A stretch of DNA of 64,000 bases, from NCBI RefSeq assembly GCF_964204645.1, contig NC_134029.1, positions 8,954,850 through 9,018,849 on the forward strand. Direction: 5' to 3'. Shown one piece after another: positions 17,671 through 31,249 of this stretch. Numbering within the stretch: position 1 is the first letter of the stretch; each line of letters opens with the position of its first letter. A program made the translations under genes and the position numbers. The notes under the pieces were generated by a model. It did no database searches and was not told where the DNA came from. It saw only the letters and a list, made by a program, of their open reading frames with translations. Origin of the DNA: Tubulanus polymorphus. Lineage: Eukaryota > Animalia > Nemertea.

Positions 17671-20600
17671 ATGTTGCTGCTTAAGCGATACAACATCAGC
17701 TTCCATACTATGAAATCGTACACGGAAGAAATAGACAAACAGTACAAACACATACCGGTATATTAAGTTTAGCACATGGATATGTGACCACTAAGAGCTT
17801 AAGAGGGATGAATTGAAATATTGTGCCAATGTTCGCTGATCGTTTCAAAATACCGTGACAAAGATTCTCATTAAAAGCACAGACTTCGGTTGATTAGATT
17901 TCACGAATGCCAACACGCCCACGTATATGTATTGATACGATAATCTGGTAAGATAATGAACCAAATCGAGATTGTCAAGCAAAGTATCAAAATCTCGATA
18001 GAATTGTGTCTCGTTTATCCTGTCGAAGTAGTTCTTCGCGACATGTATGACGAAATGCGATCGCACGAGATCAAGACACGATTTTCTTTTTTCCTACAAA
18101 ACGATTTGTATCTTGATTAGAAAAAAAGGATCTCGTTACGGGGACTGATATCGATATCTAAAAAAGTCATTTGAGGAGCATTTTTTCTACCACAGAAATT
18201 GACTCAAATTTAAACGTTACCATATCATAAACCCGTGCGCACTAAACAGGAAGGTACGGTATCATCGTGACCGATGGAACCTCATTTTCTCGCGCCTGGC
18301 TTGAAATAACAGCGTTTGTTTGCCGTAAACTACAAAAGCCTAATCAAATGGAGGCAAAGTGCGCACATTTTGTTGATTGATTCGCTGACCGCTGTAGTCG
18401 AACCGGAGATCTATTGACCGCACTCCTATGAATCATTGCCGGCATTGGCGTTTTCGAAACGCGCCTCTACGTAACGTATTGCAAACCGCGCCAGCCTCGT
18501 GTATCGCCTGCGCTTAGATGTAATTACCAATAGGCCTGCATTAAAGATACCCTTGTGGCCTTAACACTCCTCATTATCATTATTCATATTGACCCAAATC
18601 TTATCAGGTCAACGACGCCTGTACCCAAGGGTAAAATATAGCAATCAAACAAACTAATACGACGTGACGAGTCTGATACGTTCACCGTCTCCTGGGTAGA
18701 TTCCTATTTGAAATATGGTAATAAGCCGTGATTTCAAAGGCATTAATTTCGACACTTATTTATTTACGCACGCACCACTAGCGATTTGACAGAAAACGTA
18801 CAGCGTTCGGTGACGTCAACGCCGCGGTAACATCCTGATAATAATTATTCCTACTTTCAACCACCGCGCAACGTAACGTAACGACGTACACATCAATGTG
18901 CGTGTATATAGGATTCAATCCAATTCAATTCAATGTATATACATCATAAAATCGTACACGATTGTGGATGATATAAAACATTGTACACAAAAAAGATGAT
19001 GGATTATGTGTGTGCATAGAATAACAATCAAAGAGAGAATTAACAACAATGTAGCCAGTTTAATATTTACTCGGGGAAGGTGGATATGGAATTAGGTAAA
19101 CCCTCGGTCTAAATATTAGCCAGCATTTTTGACTTACAAATGGGAAGATGTCGAGGTTTCTAATGAGGAATATTTTGCTCATATCGTCGAAGAGTTCATC
19201 CCGCTTCTCATGTCCGTATTTAGAGGGAGGTTCGGGGAGGGTGGGGGTTCCAACGAATCCATTGACGAAGTTCCATTCATATATGCTTTAACTAAGAAAA
19301 TTTGAGCATCGATTTCAAAAGATTCACCCATTGGTAAAACTTTTTCATTTTTTTTTTCGTTCAAATTATGCAAATGCTTCCAAACTTGCTTGAGTTTAGG
19401 CCAATTTGAAAAAGATAGAAAATCTAAAAATTGTGATAATCGTCGGTTTAACGGGCGACCGTAACAGAGTGACTCTATCCTCGAGCCATGTATCGTTCCG
19501 TTACAATAATCTACGGACCTGTCATCCTGAGCACGCCAATACAAAATGAAACTCGATTCGTGTGATGTATATAAAACCCCGGATGACAAGACGTTTGACG
19601 TCGACTCAAACGACACGAATATTAGAACATTTTTAATTGAAACGTGTTTCGATGAAGTCACCAGTCAATTTTGCTCGGTTTTCTTCGTGGCAAACATCAG
19701 ATTTCACGCGCAACGATACCGATCACTAGATAAACCACACAAAACGTGTCGACGTCAATCAGACTTAAACGAAGTTGACATGCCTCGATAATCACAATTA
19801 AAAGTCGATTGTTAACGTTTTTTGCTGGCACGAAATATGACAAACGAACGAGTCGCATATAATGACATTATCGTCACATCGAGATGGTCGGGACCTGAAC
19901 AGGTATCATTCTGCTACCACCCGTACGTGTCAAATCAAGATGATCATCTGATAATCTGGCGATGGAACAACTGTCAAGTATTCTAGCTAATATACCGTCA
20001 AGGCAAGGCCCTGAGCACAAGAGCAAAGTCTGGACCATCATTGTACATCGTCCGCATTCGATTTTTTCTACATTTCAATTCAATCTAAATGAACTTTTCT
20101 CTTAAATTGATCAACATCATTCAAGAAAACTATACCGATATCCGAGTAGAAGAATGAAAGTATTGTATATGTTGTGGGTGCCGTGATAATATATCGATTG
20201 GGGAGTCTGAAAATCCAGTTCAAAGTAAAAAATGAACTAATTTTGACAACGGTCGACCTACTGCTCGTCACGCCACCTGGCGGGATTGCTCGTGTTGCGG
20301 GTACCGCATTATAAGATTGGGTCCATACTACGTTTTGCGTGTATTTGAACATTTCGTTTTCTATAGACTGATAGCAGACATAGTTATCTTATCCCATATC
20401 GCACGTGTAAGCCGAGGTCCAAGGAAGAAAATCTATACGAAGCTCTCAAAACATCAAAAGTGACTTCGATCATTAAACCAGGGAGGTATTTCCCACCTCC
20501 CCGGCTAAACGTATTCGTGTACGAAGATTATTCATACAAAATCCGAAAAAACCTACTCAACAATCTAGAGTGATACCTTCTCCGCTGTGAGAATTATAAT

Positions 20601-21404
20601 TGGTTTCATTATGCGTCTATTCGATTATATGGCATCAATGGAAGCCTTTCCGATGCGCAGTAGCTGTAATGTTATTTTTTTCGAGAAAAAAAAATTTAAT
20701 ATCGAAGCTCTCCGCTTCTCCCAGTTTACGGTAAATACCAGTAATCCTCTTATATTCATAGCGATTTAGCCTTTAATATGGTTTTACGAGTACAACTCGA
20801 GCTGTCTTATCTGATCGGCAACTTGTACTTCGGTTAGATCCCTCCGACTGTTTCGTGATCGCCGATTGAAATCTCGGCTACACTGGTTCACCGGTTTAAA
20901 GTTACGTAACTGAACAGAACGAAATCTCGTCCGCTTCGTAAATCTCAAATTAGATTTTCTAGACAAATCAAGATATCAAGAACGAACGACCCCGCGCTGA
21001 AGAGAAATCTATTTCCGCGCTAAATGAAGTGGAAAGATTTTATATGGCTGATTTACGGTGACAGCGGATCATGAACAGTAAAAACGTTTATTAGCGAGAA
21101 GAGTTTTAATATACTTTTCAAGGACAACTAACGTTTTGTGGCAAACCCAAAAACGTACTGATACAACAGCTGAGGGTCCGACCAGACTGTGTCGTCATAA
21201 TGTCAATCGAAATTAGTTGATTTTCGATAAGATTAACCCTGATCAGGATCATCGGTTTTTCAGTTCCAGAAATGAAGCAAATCACGCATGGTTGAAATTC
21301 GATTAATCTTTTTATGTCCGTATGACAAGATTTTATTCATTGTATTCGGAATCTCAGAGGAAACCCAGCAATTTCTGACGAGCCAAGCTGGCGTATCCTT
21401 TATT

Positions 21405-21676
21405 ATCTCAAAATAGGGATTGTCCCTGATATTCATTTGAATGGTAGATTTCGTTTGATTTGTTTCGAATTCGTGTCCAAACCCGCTACACCTGCCGGGA
21501 GCGAAACAGTAAGTTTGATTTTGAAATCGGAAATCGAATTACAGATATAATTTACTGATCGGCGGTCGAATTAAAAGAACTTTTTTTTCAAATCGAAGTA
21601 CATAATTGAAAATTTCGTTTCCGGTGCGTTAAAACAATCTTCCAACCTGCCAGAACCGGCCAGCGGCTGATTGGGA
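21405..21676 (-). repeat. unclassified dispersed repeat of about 270 bp (copy 1, opposite orientation to copies 2 and 3)
   Basis: Reverse complement aligns by eye with 33817-34085 and 40997-41268, e.g. atttccgatttcaaaatcaaac, tcgaccgc, caattatgtacttc. Strand is relative only. Confidence 0.8.
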
Positions 21677-21742
21677 ATATCTCAGTGGATAGTCACCTTC
21701 GCAACAATAGCGTTGTACTTTATTGGATAATCCTCATTTCTG

Positions 21743-21861
21743 GGGCCCAGTTTCACAAAAAAGTTTCACGATTAAGGCCTAAATCGATATACTTAAGATA
21801 AAATGAATTAATGAAAAATTAAATCGACTGAAGAGTTAAATCTTTTTGTGATACTGGGCCC
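21743..21861. mobile_element. PIF/Harbinger-like MITE
   Basis: TIR gggcccagtttcacaaaaa / tttttgtgatactgggccc, with CTG/CAG-type 3-bp flanks. Confidence 0.8.
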
Positions 21862-22380
21862 AGAACTACGATATCCCTGCCCCGGCGACAAGGAGTCTGG
21901 AGCACCTATCCTCTATCGACTTCTCGTGTGGTGTCGCATATAGTGTGCGTATAGAATATTTCATTCTGATTACGGGAGTCAATTATTTCTACTAACTACG
22001 GTTGGTTGGGTCGAATTATCGGAAACCGTAAATTTCTGTGAAATGATGATTTATGACATAGCGTTTCGCGAGGAACATCCGCTGCATGTAACGTAGCGTG
22101 CGATTTCCGGATGTGCAGTAGGCGTGCATCTTCAACGATCGCGACCGTCGGTATTACGAAGCGACAAAAGTATAACCGATGTTCTATAAAAAGGGGACTT
22201 CGGCATCTAATACAGGATACCCCGGACATCCAGGGTCGTGTTTTTAAATCTTAAAAATAGGGATTTACCCTGTTATTTGATTCATTTGATTTTACTTCGG
22301 TCCATGGGCCCCAGAAATGTACTTTTCCCTTGAGCGGAAAGACACATTCGTGATTGATTTCTATTACCAGGATCCAATAA

Positions 22381-22694
22381 CAGGGATTTGAACCCGATGG
22401 CATCGAGATTCGCCACGGTACGAAACCCTGCCACACCAGCCTCTGCGCAGCTTAAATTATGTCATTATTAGCCGACTAGAAATCCTGTTTTATCCTTCTT
22501 GCCCGGGTTTTTCCATTTATAGTTTATCTATGAAATTTGCCTCAGCGACTATATACAACGAGCAATCTGATCGGTGCCGCAAGCTTTCGTGCGGCAAATC
22601 TGCACATGTACCTGTTGCACCCGGTCTCATGTGACAGGGTTCGTGTCGTGGCCGAGTCTAGCGACGTCGTCAGAATCCCTACCGCAGGAGGATG
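22381..22694. mobile_element. MITE, CATCCTCCC-TIR family (inverted relative to 23977 copy, left end lost)
   Basis: Homologous throughout to 23977-24315 in reverse orientation; ends gcaggaggatg. Confidence 0.8.
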
Positions 22695-22968
22695 CGTAAA
22701 TACATGTGCGTTGTTATGATAGCTCTATTCTGTCTGTTCCCCAATTCAGCTTGCCCGGTAACCTGCTGTAAACAAAGGCACCAAGAAAAAGATCCAATCG
22801 CATTTTAATCGACGATTATTAGAGAGAGCCGTGATAATCAAAAAAGAAACATGATTTAGAAAAAGCTATTATTGTCTATAGAAAGACGATATCTATAGAT
22901 GAATAGATAATGCTTTCGTATTTTGCTGACAAAACCTGACACATCCTCGATCGGATTTTTAAGTTATT

Positions 22969-23143
22969 CAGGCTCGGATCCAGACGGTGACACCAGAGGC
23001 ACGTGCTACCGTCGTGAAAGTTTCTTGCCCTTGGCCTTGCTTAAAAAATTGCACAAAAAGGCAATATTTTCAATAACTTTTGGAGTCGTCGTGGATCATG
23101 ATCTTAGATTAAAGTGCTACAGTTGATCCTGGATCCGCCCCTG
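22969..23143. mobile_element. MITE, CAGGGGCGGATCCAG-TIR family, 5-bp TSD
   Basis: caggctcggatccag ... ctggatccgcccctg, flanked by ttatt/ttatt. Confidence 0.85.
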
Positions 23144-23976
23144 TTATTGATCGTGATATACATTTATATATCCATCGTTGATAAAGCAAAATACTTTTTT
23201 CATCTTCCGCCTGCTCAATGACGACAGCAGATTGCTTAACAAGAGCACACCGGTTCATTATTCACAAACAAATCGACGAACAAAAGAAAGTCGATACTTA
23301 AGCATGTACGAAAGTAAAATTGAGAATCGATCAAGGGATACGGTATATTTTTATACAGCTAACAGAAGGATAAGAGTTAATATTAGATTCTAATTCATTG
23401 AGCGTTGAATAGACGACAAAAGATGTCGTTTGTCATAAAGGATTCACGGCACGTTGACAGCTCGATGTAATAATGCTACTATCAGTTATTCGATGCTCAG
23501 GCCTGGTGTTCATTTCGCGTGAAATCGTGTCATTTCGTCGCATAACGTGTGGAAAACATATAAGAGCCATCACACTATCGATTTCGATTTGCGAGATACA
23601 AGAATTTCGTAATAACCGAACGGTTTTTTAATCTCTCCGTTGGTCGATACAAAAAATCAAATTAGGCATCCGTTGAATATTCCGTGTTATCCTGAAGTCC
23701 AATCGTGTAACCTCTATAGCCGGTATAGCCGATTCTGAAATAAATAGTAATGTTTCACGCCGGGGAAATATTAAGTGGCGGTCGTAGAATCGTTCGTTTT
23801 AGTTAGTTCGTGATAGACTAGAAACCTGTCATTGATAAAAGACAAAGTTGTGCCGTCGTGAACTTGTAGCGTGTTTATTTGATCAATCACACGATCATAA
23901 TAGACAGTACACGTGTTGCATATGGCTGCTTATTGTCAAACGAAGTCAGCCCTAGTTCATTGTATTGGTAACGTGT

Positions 23977-24315
23977 CATCCTCCCTCTGCAGGGACTCGA
24001 ACCTGATGGCATCGCTACACTCAGCCACGGCACGAAACCCTGCTACAGTAGACCGGGTGCGCAGGTACATGCGCAGCTTTCCGAACGAAAACTGGCGGCA
24101 CCAATCAGATTGCTCGTTGTATAATCGTTGAGGCAAATTTCAAGGAAGAACTATAAATGGGAAAATCCGGGCTAAAATAAAACGGGATTTCTGATTGGCT
24201 AAAAATCACATCATCTGAACTGTGCATGTATCTGCGCACACGGTCGATTATGGCAGGGTTTCGTGCCGTGGCAATTTCGATGCCATCAGGTTCGAATCCC
24301 TGCCGGGGGAGGATG
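23977..24315. mobile_element. MITE with long TIRs and 9-bp TSD (Mutator-like by TSD length)
   Basis: TIR catcctccc..gcagggactcgaacctgatggcatcg..gccacggcacgaaaccctgc is mirrored at the right end. Perfect duplication gtaacgtgt at 23968-23976 and 24316-24324. Confidence 0.9.
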
Positions 24316-24661
24316 GTAACGTGTATGGAAGCAGGGCATTGACATCAGAAAAAGCAGAAAATGTATCAATTGAATGGTGAAATAAATGTAAGATAGATAT
24401 TTGTGGAGATAATCATCAGATCATCAATGAGTTGTAATCGATAGTAGAATACACTATGATGCGAAGAACAGATAAAAAGATAGAAACCAACTATAGATAT
24501 ACAGATTTAACTGGCTCTATCGGGCCACTATCGTTTCGAACTCTCGCTGAAATCCAAATATACGAATATGATTACGACTATCGACCATAATCTTGACCGT
24601 CGTCGTAAACGTACGGTTGAAAAACCTCTCTATTACGGGGCACTACACGATCTCCAGTCTC

Positions 24662-24920
24662 CAGGGGCAGATCCAGGAATTTGAGCAGAGGAATCAAGAT
24701 GTAATTCGTTTTCATATTACAATGAAAAAAATACATTCCCCTGGAATTTGACGATACAATGTTTAAAAAAAGTGTGCATTACCGACTGTAATTTCCGGCA
24801 GATGTCGATGACATTTTGAATTGTATTTGTTAGTTTTATCATTAATATGATATGATATCACTGTCAGAAAATTTTCGACCACGGAAACCACCTAAACCTC
24901 CCTACTTGGATCCGCCCTTG
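24662..24920. mobile_element. MITE, CAGGGGCGGATCCAG-TIR family
   Basis: caggggcagatccag ... ttggatccgcccttg, flanks gtctc/atctc. Interior is the reverse complement of the 12351/29389 subfamily. Confidence 0.8.
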
Positions 24921-25739
24921 ATCTCGCATGCATTTCGGATGCTATTCGTGCAGTAACATCCAAGCCGATCTTTCTGAAACTGAACCATTGGTATTTACGG
25001 CACGGGCCGTTTCGGTCTATACAACGAGTACTTAGAATTGTGCTTTCGACTCCATTAGACGCATCCGATGCATACAAATCAATTCGAAACAAAGAGATAT
25101 GCGGTTTCGACGACAATATCACTAGATATATCAAATAGACCCGTTACCACACTAATTAACGAAATGATCTTGAGTAGATGTATTTGGCCGTTTAGGGATT
25201 AATGAATCTTGACGTAGGGGACCCGTTCGTCGTTGCCTAGAGCAAAAACATATTCGCTTCAAATTCTATAATCGAATGTGTTTCGGAAAACGGAACTAAG
25301 GCATATTCAACGACGTTGTGTAGTCACAAAATATCGATCGATTTTATTCGCATCGGTTTTCATTGTTTCTTCTACGCTGATACACTTCGACGGGAATTAT
25401 AAGCAAGGCCCGAAGGCAGGGAAGTGAAACTGGCTCTATCGGTAAGCCAGCTACTCAACTGGATTCCGAAACTAGTTTATTGTCTCGCATACGCAAAAGG
25501 CTGGCGCTTTAGCGTCAGTCCGCGTGCAGTGGCTTAAGCGGGGCTTTTGAACCGCACGCGATCGATTGGTAGAATCGCACGACGTTTCTGTCTGGACTTT
25601 TTTTTCAAGCGATAGATACAGAAGCGAAAGCTCGCGTTTATATACATGGGCGAAGAATTATGAAATTCCAGAGACTTTGCCCTGCTAATCAATATGATAA
25701 CAATAGTAAGATAACAAGTAACAATGATACGATAAAAAG

Positions 25740-25842
25740 CACTACAGATTTAAAAGTTTTAAAATTAAGAATTTATCCAATCAAAAATCAAAATAACACA
25801 AGTTTTCGAACTCTCACTAGAGATCATCGTCAGGATCTCTAG
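25740..25842 (-). mobile_element. Penelope-like pLTR remnant with degenerate hammerhead motif (family H1)
   Basis: Minus strand reads CTGACGA-T-GATCTCT-agtg-AGAGTTC-GAAA, followed by a decayed cleavage region. The AT-rich tail is homologous to the 27 kb, 45.8 kb and 49.6 kb copies. Confidence 0.65.
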
Positions 25843-26962
25843 GTTTCTTTTTTGTTGCAAGAATCCAAAATATGTTTACGATCGCGATTCAGAAAACGAT
25901 CACGATGGTTCGGCGATACGGTCGGGGTTCAAGGCAGATATTTGAGATTATGACGGGAATATGACTCAGAAAGTCTTGCGTAAAGAATTCGAGTTCCAAC
26001 GGAGGTGATGATTTCACTTTTGTGAGAGCGATAGCTGCGGATGATCTGCTGCGGGAAATTTGTTTATAAATAATGGTAGAAACTCCGGGGAAGTACCAGA
26101 CCCGCAGAGGCGCGAGATATCGATTCGATTTTTAGTTGTGCGCGCCTATACTATGAATTCATCTCGCTCGCCAATCGCGACTATGGATCCGAATGGTTTG
26201 AGAACTGCGCGTTGTTGACACAGTCGAAAGTGTTCTCGTTGACCCGTTGATTATAGCTGGATACATCGTACGTATGACTGAAGCGACTTAACTGCTTCTT
26301 ACATTAACCCTGGAGTAATCATTCTCTGAATGGCAAGCAGATAGCTCTAGAACGCGTGGGTCAATGTATGGCCCTTTGCTAAAACAAAGCCGAATCCATC
26401 CATATGCATCTGATGGTTTTCGATAGACGGAGTAACATGCTATAGATCGATCCGATAGCCATAGGCCTAACACTTTGGTACTAACTTGCTTTACGAAACA
26501 TGAAACACTCAGGATTCGGTTCGGCAGTTTAGATTTGACTCTAGAGTTAAAATCTAGAAGAATAGAGGAATCTCTATTATCATTTTACTCTTACTCACAG
26601 ATGTATAGAAGTGTGTTCAAGATAAATGTAGATCATCCGTAAAAATCGCAGGCCGTTAGGACTTATAATCAACAAAAGTTGGTTGAGGTTGACCAGCGGA
26701 TAGCCTGAATACTATGATAGCATACACCTTTGGTTGTTAGGCGAAAAAGATGATACCTTGCTCCTCCTTATCGGCCGGGTCATTATCAAACCAAAATAAA
26801 ATGTGTTATCCGTTCATTTCTATATGCATTGTAGCTGCTGGGTCTGTTATGGTTTGCTTGATCATGATGTTTTAAAAAGGTATGTTCAGGGTAGATAGGT
26901 GGCCGGCCCAGTCGACTATTTAGTTCAGTAGAACGGAGAAACAATCAAGGTATCAATAGTAC

Positions 26963-27225
26963 AATAACCACACTCAAACGTGGTGAACGCATAATAAGAT
27001 GAAACCCACTAAGTACAAATCAAAAGAATTTTAAAATCGAGAATTAATTAATTCAAAAAATCTGAAATACAAAATACACGACGTTTCGATCTCAACCTGA
27101 CGATGATCTCTAGGGTGAGATCGAAACGTCGTGTATTTTATATTTTAGATTTCCTGAATTAATAAATTCTCGATTTTCAAATTCTTTTAACATGTACATA
27201 TAGTATGTTTTTATCTTATAATCAT
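26963..27225. mobile_element. Penelope-like pLTR remnant in inverted (tail-out) arrangement (family H1)
   Basis: Imperfect inverted repeat, arms about 27000-27096 and 27114-27225. The left end aataaccacactcaaa.gtggtgaacg is shared with the 45762 copy. Confidence 0.75.
27095..27134 (+). ncRNA. minimal type I hammerhead ribozyme motif
   Basis: CTGACGA (27097-27103), extra T, stem II GATCTC/tagggt/GAGATC, GAAA (27123-27126), loopless palindromic stem III ACGT, predicted GUC cleavage after 27130. Stem I is reduced to 2 bp at the inversion junction (ACAC/GTGT in sister copies). Confidence 0.7.
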
Positions 27226-29388
27226 GGCATCATGATAACCATCGAACTGTCGGCCCTATATAGTCCGCTGAATTCCGGACAAAATTATATGCATTTATTA
27301 TTGGTCCATATTAAGTTAAAAACCTCGTAGATTGCAAATCGACCGAGAACACAAACTTGTTCGAAATCCGGCGATATTCGAATATCAATTATTTTCAAAG
27401 CAAACTCTCTCGTATCTACATATATATGACTGGTGTGCGTCTAGTCACGTTAATTACATGACGTGCGTTATATATACAGTCGATCAGACGAGCTCGCTTG
27501 GAAGGAAGGCTAATTTCCGCCGGCTCGGTTTGCGGTCTCTGTTATTTCGGCTCCTAACGATTTCTTTTTCCATGGGTTCCACTGAATCCACTATGTACCG
27601 AAGAAGCAAATCAATTGATGGTGTCTGTTGTGATGCATGTTACTAGCAACTTGGTCTGTATCAAATCGTCTGTTCGTACGTTTTTGAGACACGAAAGTAA
27701 AAGGCGACTGGATGTATATATAGAATGGCGAAATGATCAAACTGTTCACCTTACTTATACGAAAACACTTGCGATGCCCGAACTGATATCAAATTCTTTA
27801 TCGATGATAAAAGAAATCGGCCACAACTCAAAAATAGCTTGTTATAATACAATATGATATAATTTATTTTCATCGTTATGCCATACAAGATTATTTAACA
27901 GATATGTATACTCATTGTTTTAACATACATGTATCTATTTGTATTGCACCTTGCACATTATGCACGTGGGCACAGTGCCTTATTAATTATAAGAACAGCC
28001 CTAGGCTTGCACTGTGTCCCTCATTTCATGTACGTAAAAACAATGTGTATTCCTATCTATATTAGAATTAATCTTGAATGACATAACGATGAAAATAAAT
28101 CAGATTATGTTTCCTCTGTAAAACCTTTATAAGCACCGAACTGGTCCCGACTGAGACATCACGTCTGGCTGCATGGGGAACCTTCAAACAGCACGATCCG
28201 TGTAAACAGTTTCAAGCTCAGCAAGTTAAAGTTTAAGGATTGTTGAAATATCTCCGGTAATAGTCAGACGGCTGTTATTTAAAGCCTTCGTACATTCCGC
28301 AACGTCCGAATCAATCGAATCCAATTAAACATTTCATCCATTAAGCGTGAGATTTGTTATCATGGAATATACGTATCACATTTAGAAATGGACGTGCCTC
28401 CTCTGGTTCGTCGGTTTGATGCTGCATTATATGTACACCATTACGTCTTACGTGCGATGATACTCTTTGAGCAAAATATATCGTGCAAAATTACCATATT
28501 AGGTCGACGGTTTCGTGTGAAAATACAATCCGCGCAAAACTCTACTATATGTGACTGATAACGTAACAGGTATCTTTTCCCAATTATTACATGATTATAA
28601 CATTCGTCGAAACCAAGTCTATAATGAGAGGCTTCTGCTGTTTCAATTCTCTAGAGACCAGTATGCGCGCATAGAGCGAGAAAAACTTCGAAACAAGAAA
28701 CCATTTTTTACGCATTTCTATGTTTATGCATTCGCCCGCTTTCGTACTCAAAAAAAAACAAGAAACATATCGAAACAAGCCTTTACGGCACCAAATTGTG
28801 AGAAAAGTAAAGTAGTTTCTTGTTTAGCAACTCTCGCATCGCACGCAGCGATCAAAAACGATGTTTCTTAAACGACGTCTTCGCTTTTTGGAAACAATCG
28901 CTCATTGTTTAACTTACCTAGCCGCGCATGCTCATGCTGGGATCCGCTCGTTCTGGCGTAGAGAGCTGTAATAAAGGAAATGGCAGAAAAATATGATTAG
29001 ACGAATTGATCAGGAGAAGAAGTAACGATACACCTTGGATTATTTCAAATAAATGAACAACTTGGAATTAATCCCCGCAAGATTACGCCGAGTTTCTTTC
29101 ATGATCGAGATTAGACTCGGATGAAAGTGGATACCCGCAGAGTGGATATAAGCTGGATAATTTGTGAGGATACCTTTTCATTTTTGGGGGATGCTTGAAA
29201 AAACTGCTAACTATACGCGTGTCTCTTCTAAGCATCGCCGGAATTCTATACAGTGTGAATTTTATACGCAATAGAAAGTCTATTGAACTATTCGATATTG
29301 AATATCAATTACATATGAAGTTACTCTCATCGCCGAGGCGTATTATCCCTCTCCAGAAATAATTGAAAATTTGAAAGTTTCTACTTAT

Positions 29389-29655
29389 CAGGGATGGATC
29401 CAAGGGGGTGTTTAGGGGGACTCAACAAACCCCACTCGCTTCGTGTTCGAATATTGTTCTGATAGTGATTTCACTCATATAAACGATGAAACTATAACCG
29501 TAATTCATCTTTATCCATTGCTGTTTCGGCGTCTGCCAGAAATTACTGTTAAGGTAATGCACAAATTTTTATGAATGCATCTTTCATTACAATTTTAAAA
29601 ATTAATTAATATCTGGGAAAACACTGCACCCCTCAAATTTCTGGATCCACCCCTG
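29389..29655. mobile_element. MITE, CAGGGGCGGATCCAG-TIR family
   Basis: cagggatggatccaag ... ctggatccacccctg; interior homologous to 12351-12598. Confidence 0.82.
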
Positions 29656-30849
29656 CTATGAAGTACGTAAGATAGTTATTTATCAACTCCCGCATCTCCA
29701 AGTAATTCATCCCTTTTGAGCAAAAACATCCAATATTGTCTATAATCGATACTCTACGAGGATATTACTTATTCTTCTTGCTAATTGCTCTAGAATGTTT
29801 CGAATACAACTGCGCCTAGTTTAGCTCACCGCCGTTATAGGCTAAACGATTAACGGACGAAAACCCCGAAATTATAGAACAAGCTATGATATTAAGCAAC
29901 ACTGCACAAACTTGCCCGATCGTATCGAAATGAGTGATCTTATGACAACGACACATCACGTATAAGTCCACGATAATCAATCAAAACAATTTAATGATAC
30001 AGCTATACTCTTTATTAGGTTTTTATCACATTTTTTATTAGAACATTGATATGACCGTATTCAATGATAAAAAACGATACTACGAAGAATTGTCTTTTCT
30101 TAATGACGATGTTTTTTTGGTGATAGATCGTCACACTTAATACGAGTAGAATATGTTTATAGATAATGCAATAAAGAAATGCGAATATATCATATAAGAT
30201 CCGTGGCGAATGACGCATAGATTACAAATGACTCAGAATGCCACTATTGAAATTGATTACTCGTTTTATTACTGCAAAAAGTGGATATACATTTATATTT
30301 CGGTTGCAAACTATACTGCGTCGATTGCGACCATATGATTTTTTTTAATAACCCGATGTTTCGCAATGATCTTCCGTATAAGTTAGATCATATATCGTTT
30401 CTGTATTGTTTTGTTTCTATACGCTATTCATTCCTTCTCGTCTACGTACTTTTATTCATATTCATTGGATTTGATGGCGGCGCAAACTTGCATACGAAAC
30501 GAAACGTTGCAGTTTCGACTAATGATATATTTCTTAAATCTGTTTTTTTCTTAATTTCAATTAATTTCGACCGCGTGACGTAACGGTTCAATTTCGGCTG
30601 CAATATGATCTTTTAGCATGAGCGCCGAGGGAAAGTGCGTATGGAGATCGGATTGAGAAAGTTTCTCGTAAATTCCATGGGTACTGACTGATAGTGATGA
30701 CCGGGCGAACTTGAGAACGCAGCTCTACGACCATTAAGGTGGGCGTTGGTCGGCCTGTTTAAGCATGAGCGCTGATGTGTTGTATCTATGATAATTGATA
30801 TTATTGATAATTTTTTTTCTTCATATAGCGCAATATCTACAAAGTAATC

Positions 30850-31130
30850 TTTACACTTTACGTAAGATAAGAAAATGGAAAATCAAGAATGCAATTCTCG
30901 ATGAAATACATATACGTAACATTAAGATTACTAAAGTTGTTCAAAATATCAAGATGGGTTCTTTTAAAAAGATGTTTTCAGGTTTGATTTAAAAGTTTCG
31001 ACTGTAGATCTGATACGACAAAGCAGAACATTCCAATGTGCAGGAGCAACAAATTTAATAGCTCTCTCAGTAAAATCTCTATCTACCATAGGTTTCATTA
31101 GTTGATTAAATCCTGATTGGAACTGACCCT
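30850..31130 (-). mobile_element. 5'-truncated CR1/L2-group LINE (ORF2 C-terminus plus 3' UTR)
   Basis: Minus-strand 31068-30964 translates as ERAIKFVAPAHWNVLLCRIRSTVETFKSNLKTSF*, matching the RAF..AP..WN.LP..IR....FK..LKT.LF tail of L2/CR1 ORF2. Outer boundaries approximate. Confidence 0.75.
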
Positions 31131-31139
31131 ATACACCAG

Positions 31140-31249
31140 GAGTCAGTTTTATAGACTGGTATTAACTTTAACCCAGGGTTAACTCAATTCAGTTAACCCA
31201 ATCGGTTTAACCCCGGGTTAAAGTAGATACCAGTCAATCAAACTGGGCC
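31140..31249. mobile_element. palindromic PIF/Harbinger-like MITE
   Basis: Foldback: cagtttt.tagactggtat..ctttaaccc.gggttaa / ttaaccccgggttaaag..ataccagtc..aaactgggcc, with cag/cag 3-bp duplication. Confidence 0.82.

Noticed and set aside
19179-19661. 160-aa minus-strand ORF
   Set aside because: No recognisable domain, non-ATG start, and it overlaps a decayed MITE-like region.
21375-21400. CTGACGA-GCCA-agc-TGGC hammerhead-like start
   Set aside because: Followed by GTAT instead of GAAA, with no stems I or III.
24285-24315. tRNA gene suggested by GGTTCGAATCCC
   Set aside because: It lies within a MITE TIR; no A box or cloverleaf.
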